A stretch of 63,670 nt of DNA, counting the filler, from Chiloscyllium plagiosum (taxonomy: Eukaryota), in assembly GCF_004010195.1 (NCBI RefSeq). It is 4 parts of 2 records of this genome, joined end to end, with 100 filler letters (N's around TTAATTAATTAA, not from the genome) between each part and the next. Parts side by side here need not be neighbours in the genome. Positions count along the whole stretch, not along the records: positions 27,290 to 45,260 come from NC_057713.1; positions 45,361 to 57,266 come from NC_057713.1; 2 more parts are not named here. One strand, given 5' to 3'. Made by a program: the position numbers and the translations under genes. Positions 35,901 through 49,510 of the stretch are shown here, piece by piece (position 1 is the first letter of the stretch; each line of letters opens with the position of its first letter). The notes below the pieces were generated by a model. The model saw only the letters and a list, made by a program, of their open reading frames with translations. It did not search any database and had not been told where the DNA came from.

Positions 35901-38900
35901 AAAGCTGATTGCTCTTTTTCTGTTGCAAGTGAGATGTGCTTTGTTCAATTCAGGTAGGGATTTAAAGCATCAGATTTAACGATTCTTTCATCATGCATGG
36001 GGCCTGAGTTATTTGGTGAGACCCCGAGTGTCACAGAGCTCAGTTGGTGACAGATGGCAATACTGTCCTCGAAAATTTGTCACCTCAACATGACACACAA
36101 TATGTAAATATCCTGATTGTGCAGAGGGGAGCTCCAAATGTCCCAAGATAATTGCCATGAATGAGCATTGCCTCTTCATTATGTGGGTGCTATGCACAAG
36201 GCACTCATGGACCTTGCCTCTATATTGTCAGAGAAGCTCGGCAAATCTGCAAGATGTGATTTGACTATAACAAAAGCAGCACGTGCTAAATCACTTTACA
36301 TTTTTGATTGTTTTAAATAATCCTTGTATTTGATCTATGGCTTTTCTTTAGTGTCTGTTGTATTCACTGTTCATTTTCTATATTTGTTTTGCTTCACTAA
36401 ACTTGTAAGCACAGCAAGTCATACAGTGCCACGGGTTCAAAGTTCTAAATGTCACCAGTTTGACATACCAATTTTGCAGAAATATTGGTGTATCTTTGTT
36501 AAGGCTTCAGCTAAGATAACACTTCCATGTTGGTTCAAAGTGGTTTCCAGTGTGTACATATTGTACATGCTGTATAATTCTAGGGTCAGGTAGATGACTT
36601 CAGTCACGAGTGAAACTGTGAAAATGAGGACATTTTCAATGCAGCTCTGTTCTGGTAAAAATGATTTTGAAAATGCCAAGATATTCTATAAAATTACTTG
36701 AGAGTTTGTTTGTAACTTGGCATGAAATGATATAAGAGCCTTTGCCACTCCTACTGTATGTCTAAAAATAGCCTTCTAGGGAGTATGGCCCTGAAGATGT
36801 ACTCTTCATTTACTGGTCGAGTATGGAAAAGCAGCTGACAGTGTTAACTCTCAGCATCATTCCTTACAGATGCCAATATTAGGTGCTATATTTATCAATC
36901 TATTATTCAATTATTCAAAATTCTTTTTTAGAATACATTTACTTAGAAAAATGTACAACAGATTCAGCTCAGTAATACTGACATGGAAGTATATGCATGA
37001 ATTAGGGTAAATAATTTCACTGCTGAGGTTTTCAATTATATTAGCAAACAGGGAAAAGCATACTCAAGTTAAGCTCTGAAATAATGTATGCTATTTATGG
37101 CTTTCACAAAAACAACAACCCAGTAGACATATCCATTTTTATGTGACTTCCAGAGGACATCATTCTAATATATGATTGCACGTATGCAAGCTGAAAAGCA
37201 TTAGGGAGAAAATTGGAATTCAAAGTTTACTTTAAGAAAATTTCAATATGTCAATGAACGTGTAAGTTTTTGCAAGTTACTACTTTTAAAAAAATGTTTC
37301 TATGATAACTATGCCTCTGAATGAAAACAGCAAAATAGCATACTTAAGTGAAGTATATTTCTAACATTTACAGTAGGGATCTGGATAGAGTAATTCAAAT
37401 CACCTGTGGTTCCCTTTCAAACTAGGTATTGAAATTAAGAGGATCTTAATATTGTTTTAGGATTTCCCTCTCCTACAGTATGGCATGTTTGAAAAGTTTC
37501 AGACATCGTTGGTAGTTCAGCATCGATTACAAAATATTTATTCAAAACTGTTTTCACTGTTTCATTTCCTTTACCTCCCTGCTTTTCATTTTGCTATTTT
37601 ACGTCAATGGTATTTTTAAAGATGGTGATTTTTTACAGTGTGATTTCATTGACGAAATCTCAGTTGAACTTAAAAGTATGAAAAACTTGTTATTGGTAGT
37701 AAGGCAAAAAATTACATTTGAACAGCATACGTTTAGATTGGGGCTTTACCAGCCAAAAGTGTGCAGGCTGTGCACCTTCCAGGATCTAAACAGATCAAAA
37801 AGGAGGCTTTTTATTTTCATTGTCATTGATAGATTCTGCTCTATGAGATCCCATATGGTTTTGCTGAAAGTAAATGTTCAGACCAAAACTGTAGTAGATT
37901 ATAGAAAGGATTGGAGACTTCAGCTGATGTTCTAGCCTGCTTTAACTCATTGCTAATCATTTATCAACAATGGAATTACTACTGCTGTACATAAAGCTAT
38001 CCTGATGGAGTGTAAAATGTCAGCAAATGTATTGTAACTCAATAACAAAAAAACTTAGCTTTGTAAATAAAGCCCAAATAGCAAACATAGAATAATAATT
38101 AAGTAAGTCTTCACAAAAAATGTTTGAAAATTACACCCTGTATTTAAATCTTAAAAAGTTTTAACAATGTAATGAGACATAATGCAGTTTTTTAAAAACA
38201 TCAAGTATTAGGCAATGGTTACATCCTCTTTCCAAGATTACGACTGTATTAACAGCATAATTATAGAATAACATTTCTTCATTAAAAGATATCTTTCTGT
38301 TAAGTGCTGTCATATATTTTCTGTCCCCAGAATAAAGTGATCCATCTGAATACATACATTAATATATTGTGCCCAGTATTCTGTTATGTATTTTAACCCA
38401 TTGCTGTTCAAATGTAGTCAGATACAAGATCCAAAAAAAATCTCTAATAATTTCTGGCTTGGTGGGATCATGCTAGAATTTATGCATCACTGCATGTTGT
38501 TTCCTAGATTTTCTAATCCTAAAAGTTGGCATAACTGCACTAGAGAAAGTGATAACACAGTCAAGGCTGACAATATAATCTCTAAAGACTGATTGAAGAA
38601 TTCTCAATACTAATCTCTACCACAACTGAGGAAAGGTCACCCCTCCCTTAATTTTAAAGCTAATAATTGGGGTTTGGAGATCTAGTGCAATTAATCATTT
38701 GCATCTTCATATTTGCTTGATATTTACATGCAACATGCAACTTAATTGGATCTAGCCGCATTCTAAAACAAAAAGCAAAAATGTTTGCTAAATTATGAAG
38801 TATTTTCTAAAACTTGACCTCATGTATGAATACTCATTAATTTGGTGGTGCTTTGGGACAAGATATCTAAAAGCAGCAAAAAGCATTGCTTCTGATGCTC

Positions 38901-39189
38901 TCATTGATTTAATACAGTTAAGCCAACACCATGAAATCATTTGCAGCATAATGTCAAATGGAGATGTACTGTCATTACCAGACCAATCCCTGCTTTCATT
39001 TTACAAAATTACCAACATCTGCAATTCTCATGCCAATTTTCTTTTAGTTTAAAGGGAATCCGTTACCACTAAGAGAAAATTGATTGAGCATATTATTGGA
39101 GCAATTTTCACAATACTCAAGGATTTTAATTTTTGAAGAAGAGTTTGTGTATTTTTGCTAGCCCTTCATTAGAAACCACATTCTGAAAA

Positions 39190-39507
39190 TTAGATTAGAT
39201 TAGATTACTTACAGTGTGGAAACAGGCCCTTCGGCCCAACAAGTCCACACCGACCCGCCGAAGCACAACCCACCCATTCCCCTACATTTACCCCTTACCT
39301 AACACTACGGGCAATTTAGCATGGCCAATTCACCTGACTTGCACATCTTTGGACTATGGGAGGAAACCGGAGCACCCGGAGAAAACCCACGCAGACACGG
39401 GGAGAACGTGCAAACTCCACACAGTCAGTCGCCTGAGGCGGGAATTGAACCAGGGTCTCTGGTGCTGTGAGGCAGTAGTGCTAACCACTGTGCCACTGTG
39501 CCGCCCA
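39190..39507 (-). mobile_element. HE1 V-SINE
   Basis: Near-identical to 31294-31599 and 58447-58745. Confidence 0.93.
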
Positions 39508-42500
39508 CAAATGAAGAGCAACATTTAAATTTCAAATTTGGATTTAAATGATTTGCTTTAATCTGATTTTCATTTTCAGTATTTTCCCATAAGAATTGCT
39601 TGTCTATAAGGTATAGCTCTATAAGTGCTTCAGTATTTCCTACTCAATAAAATCATGAGTTTCATATTGTAACTCTGATCCACACTGTGTAACACTAAGC
39701 ATTAAAACTAGGCTTTACTGTGACTGATAGATAAACATGATCAGAATTATGTAATGTTTAAGGAAAATGGGAGGCAAGATGTGAAAATATATGAAACTTA
39801 TGTAAAGATATTACCACATAATATACAAAAACACCTTCTTCGAGACCTTTACCCGCAATTGAAACAGTGGCTTCAATGGCTAGGCCATTTTTTTTAAGCA
39901 GAACCCCTGTGCTACTTACAAATGGTCTGATCCATTGATATAGTGGAGTGCAGTACACAGAGTGCAATGCGGCAAGACCTCTCAATCTATTTTTTTTCTC
40001 TTAGTATTTACAGTGCCACAGCAGTTTACCACATTGTTTTAGACGTGGTAGTTAGCTCTCTTTTTGTGATATGGTGACACCCCCTTGCTCCCCACCTTGT
40101 GTTTTGTGGAACAATGGGACGTACATCTGTGCACAGTGCACTATTCTACCATAGAAGACAGAACTGCAGCAGTTTCACCTGATTGGTAAAAGCTTTGTTC
40201 TTGCTGCAGGGTTGAAAAAGCTGACAAGGCACTTAATCTCTCCTCTTAATAATTGGAAATGACATAGCTCAGTGTGTGCATTCAGCTTTATGGTACTGCA
40301 GTAAATCATATGTTAATGCAACTTACCCCATCCCCCAACCTGCGCACCATCCCAGTGCCAAAGGTTATTTCCATGCAAACTCTTAGACCGATTAAGGATT
40401 CTAATCTTTGTTTTGGTCAAAAAGCCCTTGGTTTGTTTACAAATGCAGGAGAGACACAGAAGGCAGCATGCTAATCCTCTCTGAATTTGCCCTAATCTCT
40501 GCAGCAAGGATACACTCGTGCATCTTTAATATTTTGCTTTCCCCAAACCGTCACTTATTTCCCCCACAACAGAAGGGGCTCAACAGAAAGCTAGTTTACA
40601 TCTGTCACTTGCCATTAGACCTATAACCTGCATTTTTTAAAGAACTTCTTGTTAAAATAAAATGTTGGGTGGATTAGAGAAAGCGTTAAATCCAGCCGTA
40701 CCATTTATTGTATTAAACAACCAGAAGAAAAGTGGAAAAATATCAATATCGTTCTCCATTCTCAAGATACCTAAAAAAACATCTGTGATAACAATTTCAA
40801 TCTGAATGCCTCTTTTCTTTTGTCTGATATGTTGCACAACTTTGAGTTACAGCTGGAGCAGTCTATACATTCTTAAATATTTTTAAAAATTAAGACGTCG
40901 TATTAAATTGCTTCCACTAAAATGGAAAATATTTCAAAGGTTTTCAGAGGAAAATGGTTTGATTTAATTTTTGACATTCATCAGCCGGTATGTAAACAAA
41001 GGGCCCATTCAATCTCTGTGACCTCATCACACAGCTGCATAATTAACCATTTTACAGGCAAGTCTTCATGATTGATTCCCATTTCTCCTCCTCCTCTGTG
41101 TAAGATATGTTTATTCTTGATTGCGGTATTTTAAAATTATCTGCTCTCAAATATAAATATTTCATTACTATCTACCAGCCTCACAAACATGCTAAAAATG
41201 TGCGTAAGATGTTTCAGATACAAAAAACAGGCCTGGAATAAGAAACTGTTTTCTCGATCCAATTAAACCATAAGCAATCTTGTGTATAAGCAGAGTGTTA
41301 TATTTTACAGATTCCCATTCAGTGTTCAGCTTTGAAGTGGGATATAGTTGGTAGTTGCCGGTGGTAAATACAAATAAACCTATTCTTCCTCAGAAACTAT
41401 TTTGCAAACATTTTTTGCTTTGGCAAGATGACACTTACATCATCATCATGGATATTTGCAGAGAAATTGGAGTGAAGTAGGTAACTCCATTGTGGTTTGC
41501 CACATGAACAATGGGCATCATTTTCTGCTGCTATTCCTATGATTCTATAATTTACATCAGCTTGCACAATATATTTTCTATATTAGAAACAGGAAACATT
41601 ATTCTGTACTTATTTTTATAAAGGTTATGTCCCTGTAAAGCACTCCATTCATCATGTTACCTGGTGTTAGGCTGTACTTGTATTCATATATCTCCATGTT
41701 AGCTTCATTATGAGATCCACAGTGAAGGTCAGACACAAACTATAGGAGAGTGGGAGAAATCAGAAGTAGATTCATCTAAGTTATCCTCTGCATCTCATGA
41801 CAGTCAGCTCAAGGGTAACACTGGGAAGGTATTAGAAACAGCTTTCCAAGTTCCTAATTGTTCATAAATACCAAGTGGACTAACCATGGGAGGAACCTCT
41901 ACAACATCAGAAATATTATTGTTGATGAACAATTTCTCACTGAACGAAACACTTGTGTGCTTAGAACTGAGAGATAAAAGTCATGTTTTTCTCTTTTCAA
42001 TCCCGTTTCTTGCATTTTTCCAAGTCTTCCAGAAGAGAGGGAAAATTAGCATCACTGTTTAGATTTTATCCCACATTTTATACCCTTGGTGGAGTTCTTC
42101 ATACAGAGTCTAAAACAGTCACTGACGTGCTAATAATGGCTGTCAGCCACGCCTGTACTATTAAATTTAACAGACTTGTTGTTTGAAATTCTTTGCATTG
42201 TCTGGAGCATTCAAAATGGCTGACAAAGGCCTCAGTGCAATATTTAAAGTAGCATCTGGCCCTGCCCATATTAAGAGAACTTTGTTTCTGATTGCACTTT
42301 TTATAAAGTGACTGATATTAATTGATGTTCTTTTGCCAAAAGTTGCCACCATTATCACAAATTAAACATGATGCAACAATTCTGGTGATTACCTGATGAT
42401 TTAAAATGGAATAGAATACTCATTTATTGTCACTTGTACTTTTTAACAAAAGGGAACAGTGTAAAGTGTTTACTACAGTCTCTATATCAATAATAAGGAT

Positions 42501-43007
42501 GATTTATAAGAATTTTGTTAACAATTTTTAAAATATAAAAAAACTGATTCATTTTAAAGATACAAACATGAACTGGTGTGGTGGGTCATATTTGTTTTTT
42601 GTCATCTGTTATATTCCTAGGGCTGCTCAGTTATTTTAGAGAATGAAAAATCCCATCAGAATTGCTTGATGCCCATTTTTAATAGCAATGCCATAAGGAC
42701 ACCATTTTGATTAACTGAAATGCAATGGTTAGGGACAAAGAGCAACAAAGAAAGCTGTTTACATTTTATTCAGTTCTTAAAATAACAAAATTGTTATAAG
42801 TTCTCATTGCTGCCAAAGTGGATCAAACCTGGGCATAGCTCACAGTCATTTGCTTTTGACACTGTGTTGCAAATTAGGCTAAAAATATAACATTTCAAAA
42901 CAATATACTGAACTGGCAGGTTTTGAGTTGGGATGAAAGAATAATTGTTTGTTTTATTGTTATTACTGTTATGAGTAATTGGATAACAGACAATTGGATA
43001 ACAGAAA

Positions 43008-43128
43008 AGAAACTGTGGATGCCATAAATCAGAAACAGGAAGTGTCACTTGACCGAAACGCCGACTCTGAATCCTTTCCCCAGATGTGCCACACCTGCTG
43101 AGCTTTTCCAGCAATTTCTGTTTTTGTT
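43008..43128. mobile_element. Mini PLE terminal unit with a short inverted 5' part
   Basis: gtcacttgaccgaaacgcc..cctgctgagcttttccagc; taacagaaa occurs on both flanks. Confidence 0.65.
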
Positions 43129-43299
43129 TAACAGAAAGGATCCATGATTGTGAAGTGAAATGGAAAGGGAGAGCACAGTCGTTAGTAAGAACTTGCTTTA
43201 CACAAGAAAATTGTCCAGAAGAAAGTGACTTGGAGGAACCTCCTGACCTCCTGTATGAAGGGACACAGTTCCTTTAAAGCGATGACCAGTGCAGCTGAC

Positions 43300-44200
43300 T
43301 GCTCAACAAACCACTGGCTTATTCAAGGCTCAATGTCCATCAAATACCACCACAAACAGCTGAAGATGAACCAACATTTTTGGATAAAAACTCAATGCTG
43401 AGCAACTTCAAGAGCCAAGCAGCTGAGCGAACTTTGAACAATGTCTTCAACAAAATCTCCAAAGGAGTCCACTTTAGTGGAGTGGAGGGAAACCAAAAAG
43501 AGTTGAAGACAGCCAACAATTCATGCTGCAAAGAGTCCATTGGCTACAAGACCACGAATCACCGAGACTGGTTCGACAAGGATAACTGTGTCATCCAAGA
43601 CCTCATTGACAAGAAGAGGAATGCACTCCATGCCTGGCCAAAGCAACATCATCAGCGAAGCAAAGAAAATAACTTGTCAACAGCAAAGGTGGAATTATAA
43701 AGAAGATCGAAGGAAATCCAGACTGAGAAAGCTAATCTTGCAGACAGTCATGATACCCCAGGTTTCTTCAGTGTCACCGAGGCAATGTGGGGACCTAACA
43801 TTTTTTGGCCACAAACCAAAGCAGAATGAGAATGGAGCTATTTTGAGAGACAAAGAGAACATCAGCTCCAATGGAGAGAACATTGAAAGAACTCCAGAAA
43901 CATGATACAGTCAAACGTGAGGACACATTTTGGGGAAATCCTCCAACTCTTCATCAAAGATGACCTTAGACACCCACCTACTGTGGCAGAAGTTGAAGTT
44001 TCCATTAGACACACATAGAATGGAAAAGCTACAGGACTGAGCAGGATTCCAGCACAGGCTTTCAAACTTGGAGGAGCAGAGCTTACCCATCATCTCCAGC
44101 AACAGTTCCTGAAAATCTGTGACAAAGAAGAAATCCCTGCCGATTTCAGGGGTGCAGCCAATGCTACCATCTTCGCGAAAGGAGACTAAATGGACTGTGG
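43300..44200 (+). mobile_element. Decayed RTE-clade LINE internal fragment
   Basis: NHRDWFDKDNCVIQDLIDKKRNA and GKATGLSRIPAQAFKLGG resemble the RTE motifs HQDWFD and GKAPGxDxIPAE. Confidence 0.75.
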
Positions 44201-44209
44201 GAAGGTTCA

Positions 44210-44522
44210 CTGAATCTTATACTGTGGAAGCAGGCCATTCAGCCCATCAAGTCCACACCAGTTCTCGAACCCAGATCGAGCCCCCTACTCTATCCCTGTA
44301 ATCCTGCATGGCTAAGCCACTTAATCTGCACCTCGCTGGACACTACAGGCAATTTCCCATGGCCAATCCATCCTAACCTGCACAATTTAGGAGGAAAACA
44401 AAGCACCTCGAGGAAATCCATGCAGACACGGGGAGAATGTGCAAACTCCACACAGTCACCCGAGACAGGAATCGAAGCCGGGGCCCTAGCACTGAGGGCA
44501 ACAGTGCTAACCACTGAGCCAC
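44210..44522 (-). mobile_element. Diverged HE1-type V-SINE
   Basis: gcagacacggggagaatgtgcaaactccacaca..acagtgctaaccactgagccacc. Confidence 0.85.
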
Positions 44523-44779
44523 CTATTAGATAGGTCTTATATAATGGGAATCTGCATCCAGCAGTGTTTTCTATGACAAAAAGAAAATCAATACCATAAG
44601 CAAGGAATTTGACATTTACTTTAACAGAAATTTTGAAACAGTCCTATGAATGACTTTAGAAAACATTTTCAACTACAGCTCTGACACAAATACATTATCA
44701 ATATAAAAAAAATCAGGTTGTTATAGTATTACTGATATTATTGTTAGAACCCTCACTGATTATTCATTAGTTTATTTGA

Positions 44780-44918
44780 TTCTGGATTAGTGGTGCTGGA
44801 AGAGCACAGCAGTTCAGGCAGCATCCAAGCAGCAGCAAAATCGACGTTTCAGGCAAAGCCCGAAGTGGCTTAGCCATGCAGAATCTGGTTTCCAGCATCT
44901 GCAGTCATTGTTATTACC
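44780..44918. mobile_element. Mini inverted PLE insertion with perfect 16-bp TSD and a captured 19-nt segment
   Basis: tcattagtttatttga at 44764-44779 and 44919-44934. Minus unit 44780-44862; plus unit from ~44880. Confidence 0.85.
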
Positions 44919-44935
44919 TCATTAGTTTATTTGAG

Positions 44936-45260
44936 TAGAGTCAGAGAGTCATAGAGATGTACAGCATGGAAATAGACCTTCAGTCCAACCTGTCCATGCT
45001 GACCAGATATCCCAACCCAATCTAATCCCACCTGCCAGCACCTGGCCCATATCCCTCCAAACCCTTCCTATTCATATACCCATCCAGATGCCTCTTAAAT
45101 GTTGCAATTGTACCAGCCTCCACCACATCCTCTGGCAGCTCATTCCATACACACACCACCCTCTGTGTGAAAAAGTTGCCCCTTAGGTCTCTTTTATATC
45201 TTTCCCCTCTCACCCTAAACCTCTACCCTCCAGTTCTGGACTCCCCGACCCCAGGGAAAA
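44936..45260 (-). mobile_element. HER1/CR1 3' end, truncated by a gap
   Basis: NFFTQRVVCVWNELPEDVVEAG plus tail. Confidence 0.93.
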
Positions 45261-45360
45261 NNNNNNNNNNNNNNNNNNNNNNNNNNNNNNNNNNNNNNNN
45301 NNNNTTAATTAATTAANNNNNNNNNNNNNNNNNNNNNNNNNNNNNNNNNNNNNNNNNNNN

Positions 45361-45476
45361 GCTTTTGCCCGAAACGTCGATTTCGAAGCTCCTTGGATGC
45401 TGCCTGAACTGCTGTGCTCTTCCAGCACCACTAATCCAGAATCTGGTTTCCAGCATCTGCAGTCATTGTTTTTACC
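45361..45476 (+). mobile_element. Hammerhead-type PLE terminal unit, 5' part lost in the gap
   Basis: gcttttgcccGAAACGTCgatt...ccagcatctgcagtcattgtttttacc. Confidence 0.8.
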
Positions 45477-45524
45477 AAAGTAAATATTAGTTCAGCTTTC
45501 TCTCCATGATGCTGTTAGATCTTA

Positions 45525-46085
45525 TTTCTTATTCACTTGTCCCTGGCTGGCCATTTATCGCCCGTCCCTAGTTGCCTGTTGAGAAGGTGGTGTGAGCAGC
45601 CTTCTTGAACTGCTGCAATCCATGCTGTCGGTAAACCCACAAAGTCCATAGGGAGGAATTCCAGGATTGTGACCTAGTTGACAGTGAATGATTGGAGATA
45701 TATTTCCAAGTCAGGATGGTGAATAGCTCAGAGAGGAACTTGCAGAGATTGGTGTTCCCATGTATCTGCTGTCCTTATTCATCTAGATCAAAATGGTCAT
45801 GGGTTTGGAAGGTGCTGTCTGAGGATCTTTGATGAATTTCTGCAATGCATCTTGTGGATGGTACACACTGCTGCTATGAACATTGGTGTTGGAGGAAGTG
45901 GATGCTTGTGGATGTGGTGTCAATCAAATGGGTTACTTTGTCCAGGATGGTGTCAAGTTTCATGAGTGTTGTTGGAGATGCCCCCATCCAGGGATCACAC
46001 TCCTGACTCGTGTCTTATCGCTAGTGGACAGGCTTTGGGAAGTCCCAGCCTCTGACCTGCTCTTTTAGCCACTGTATTTATGTAA
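45525..46085 (-). mobile_element. 3' fragment of the L2/CR1-group LINE family seen at 51110-52950
   Basis: tactttgtccaggatggtgtcaag and ttccaagtcaggatggtgaa are reverse complements of segments at ~52445-52470 and ~52775-52797. Confidence 0.75.
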
Positions 46086-46934
46086 CCGAGTTTCTCTAAC
46101 AATTCCTGTTTATTATTGCAGATTTGTTAATGTTGTGAACTGTCACACTTACCCAAGGCTTTGCTTAGACATGATGTGCTGGTGGGAGTACCAGCTTGGA
46201 GGCTTTCACATTCAGTGATTGTAGATATCCAATCTCCCCTTCAACATGGGCATGCTGTCTTTGTTCTCTGCAATCTTGACAGCCTCTTATTGAAAATAAT
46301 CCTCCATTCCCGTACTGATCAAGAATATATTGATCTCAGCCTTCAATATATACAGGGGCTCTGCCCCCACAGGTCTATGTAGCAAGGAATTTCAAAGATT
46401 CTCAACTCTCTGAGAGAAGAAATTCCTCCTCATCTCAGTTTTAAACAAATGCCCCTTTATTCTGATACTATGCAATCAGGTCCTTGACTCTCCCCGAGGG
46501 GAAACATCCTCTCAGCATTGAAAAGCATGGATTCTGTCAGATGCGTAGGAGACAGTCACACTGTTATCCACATAGGGCAACGTGGATGGATGACATTGAT
46601 GAGATGTGAAGCAATTGATGGGAGATTTCTGGCTCCCAACCTCGTGCATGGCAGTCATGTGCAGTGACAAACTCACAATGCTAACACTCACTCAGGGGAA
46701 TGAAGCATTGGGTAGCTGGTGGCATACTCTGGCTATGTGGCTGTGGCTCATCCTCTCATGGCACTGGATCCTGTCTCTCCTCTGATTTCTCCAGGTGCTG
46801 TCTCCCATAATCACCGGGGATGACCTCCTGTTGACAATCCTGGAAAGCCTCACAACCTTTTCCTCCTGGTTGCCCTGAAGGATCACCCTGTACAGCATTA
46901 TGTCTAAAGTGTAGGAGTCGATGTCAGTCTTTTG

Positions 46935-47700
46935 CTTTAATACAAAGAAATAGCTTTATTCATAAAACAGCTTCATACACATGCACTGTCCTGTATGGGC
47001 TTTGTATATAAAGAAAAACAAATGATGGTCCCTGTAGTTTCAAAAAACCAAAGACATTTCTTCCTTATGCAGGACACTAGTTACATGCATTGAAGCAACG
47101 AAAGGGTCTGATAACTGAAAGGACCCCTATTGTACTTTGGCCAAAAGACATTAGACCGTGGTCTTTCCACACTGTGCCTTAACGGCAGCTACCCTGAACT
47201 TTAGTACATCCCTCAGCATGGAGTCCTGGACCTTGGAATGTGCCAGTCTGCAACATTCAGTCAGGGTCAACTCTATGCTCTGGGAGACCAACAAGGTTTG
47301 GGCAGATCAAAAAGCATCTTTCACCAAGTTGATGGTCCTCCAGAGACAGCTGATGTTTGTCTCGGTGTGCATACAGGGAAAAAGCCTGTAGAGCACAGAG
47401 TCCTGCGTCACAGAGCGGCTTGGGATAAACCTCGACATAAACCACTGCACCTCTCTCCAGACTTTCTTTTGCCATGGCATATTCCAGAAGGAGATGTATG
47501 ACAGTTTCTAACCTCCTCAAAGCCATTTTGTGGGCAGCATGTAATGGCACAGAGAGACCGGGCATACACAAAGGATCTGTTGGGTAGTGCCCTTCCCACC
47601 CCCTGCCAAACGACATCTCGGTGCTTGTGGGAAAGTCCTGGAAATGAGGCCCTGGGCTGTGTGGACATGGCAAGTGAAGGCTGAGTCTTCAGCCTGGCTT
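46935..47700 (-). mobile_element. Tx1/L1-group LINE 3' fragment
   Basis: Minus strand reads WRTINLVKDAF..LTLTECCRLAHSKVQDSMLRD; AATAAA near the 3' end. Confidence 0.7.
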
Positions 47701-49149
47701 ACAGTGAAAGGATCAGTCTGACTGCCTTTTAAATGTGACGACTGGAAGTGGGAACCCAGAAAATTCCAGATTCCTGTCTGCCAATATAAATAAATGGTAT
47801 TTCACTCACACTTGAACATGTAATGAGCTTAAAAGAATGTCACTGTGCATTGTGCATGGCCAGCACCTGTGTGGAAATCCCTCCCACCTTTTGACCACAC
47901 TTACTCTTTGAAATGCAAATTCCACCCAAGACATCTAAAGGCTATATTCTTTGGATTTGCGCTACTAACTAATAAGTTATCACCCTAAATTCTCCCTTTT
48001 GTCTTCAATGTATAGTAGAAATAGTCAACCAGCTGCTCATGGACTCAAAATATTCCTGTGTCATGCTTAATGACCTTGACCTTGGTGCTTTGCTGAGTGG
48101 GTCTCAAGTTGCTATTGTCTACAATCACCCTCTAGTTTTGTTGAGTATGCAGAGCACTTAACACATTTCCTTTCGAGGTCCATCGAGTCCTGCCTTGATG
48201 ACAGTAGTGTTGTATCAGCCTCTTGGTCACTTATGTAGCATCATTCATTCCTGAGTTAATTATCTGTCATTTACTGCTATTGTTATGAACAGATGGACGC
48301 AAGATATATGTACATAATGATGGTGGAGCTATTATTCAATAAAGAAGCCAGTATACAGATTTATTAATAAATGCAGAATATGATTATCACTGTGAAAAAC
48401 ACTCAGCAAAATACTACAAAATGAATATCACGTGCAAAAGAAATGCCAGCAATTAAATTATCTACAGTCTCAAGACTACAAACACGTGGAAGTATTTGGG
48501 AACTGTGTGATGATAAAAGAACATATTCTCTAACGGTGTTATCAATTGTTGAGTATAGATAACAATTAGAAATTTTCTATGTTTGGTGCCAATGATAGAT
48601 CCAATAAACATTGGTATTGTTTGGGAGACAGTGTTTAACAAACTCATTGATAGACAAAGCCAGCAGAGGATTTCCAAACCTTATCTCTATCATTTTGAAA
48701 AAATACCTTAAGGTTACCCCCAGCCGTCTCCCCTCATGATTTGTGCTTCAGCTTTACAGAATTAAAATCAAAGAGGCCCTCTACTGGCTGGATTCGATCG
48801 ATTCGGCTGAGAATTGCAATGTACATAGGAGGAACTGTAGTCAGAAACATGTCAGCTGGTTGTTATGGTGATACAATGTGATTTTCCTGGTATACAATAA
48901 TTTCCTTTGGGAGGGTGTTAGTTTCATAAGGCGCTGATGCTGCTTATGTTTAAAAGTGAATCTTATTCACAGCTGAATTTTCACTGCTTCTGAAGAATAA
49001 TAAAAAACATCAGAACAGCAGCACCATTCCCCAGCTTTGCAGTATTTCTGAATGATTTGATTGCAGATCTTTTTGTAGTTTCCTCTACTCAGTTTAAATG
49101 ACTTTTGAAGAGAAAGGAACATGACTGTAATATTTTAAGGTCAATAATT

Positions 49150-49510
49150 CTGTCCATTGACTCCATCTACAGTTCTTTGCCTCTGGAAAGCAGCCAAAGC
49201 CCCCTCCCGCCCCGGGTATAATCTCTTCCACCCTCTTCCATCAGGCAAAAGATACAAAAGCTTAATCACATGTACAAACAGATTCAAGAACAGCTTCTTC
49301 CCTGCTGTTTCAGACTTCTGAATGGGTCTCTCAAACTTGAAATTTAATGTTGCTCCGACTCTCTGTACACCTTCTCTGCATTGTATTCCTGGCTCTGTTC
49401 TATGTCCCTGATGCACTTTGTATAGTATGATCTACCTGTACTGCACACAAAATAAAACTTTTCATTGTGCCTGGGTATATGTGACAATGATAAATTAAAT
49501 CAAACCAAAC
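49150..49510 (+). mobile_element. Rex1/Babar-like LINE 3' fragment
   Basis: PGYNLFHPLPSGKRYKSLITCTNRFKNSFFPAV; tail atgtgacaatgataaattaaatcaaa. Confidence 0.7.

Larger units (their letters stand above)
31650..43000. promoter_or_regulatory. Transposon-depleted block, probably promoter/enhancer-rich (CNE-like)
   Basis: Only one recognisable repeat (SINE 39190-39507) in ~11 kb against dense repeats on both sides. GC boxes at ~33722 and ~33965; clustered TAAT/PBX-HOX/FOX/SOX/octamer motifs. Confidence 0.55.

Noticed and set aside
36335..36360. tatggcttttc resembling the miR-135 5' end
   Set aside because: The remainder does not match the mature miRNA and no hairpin is evident.
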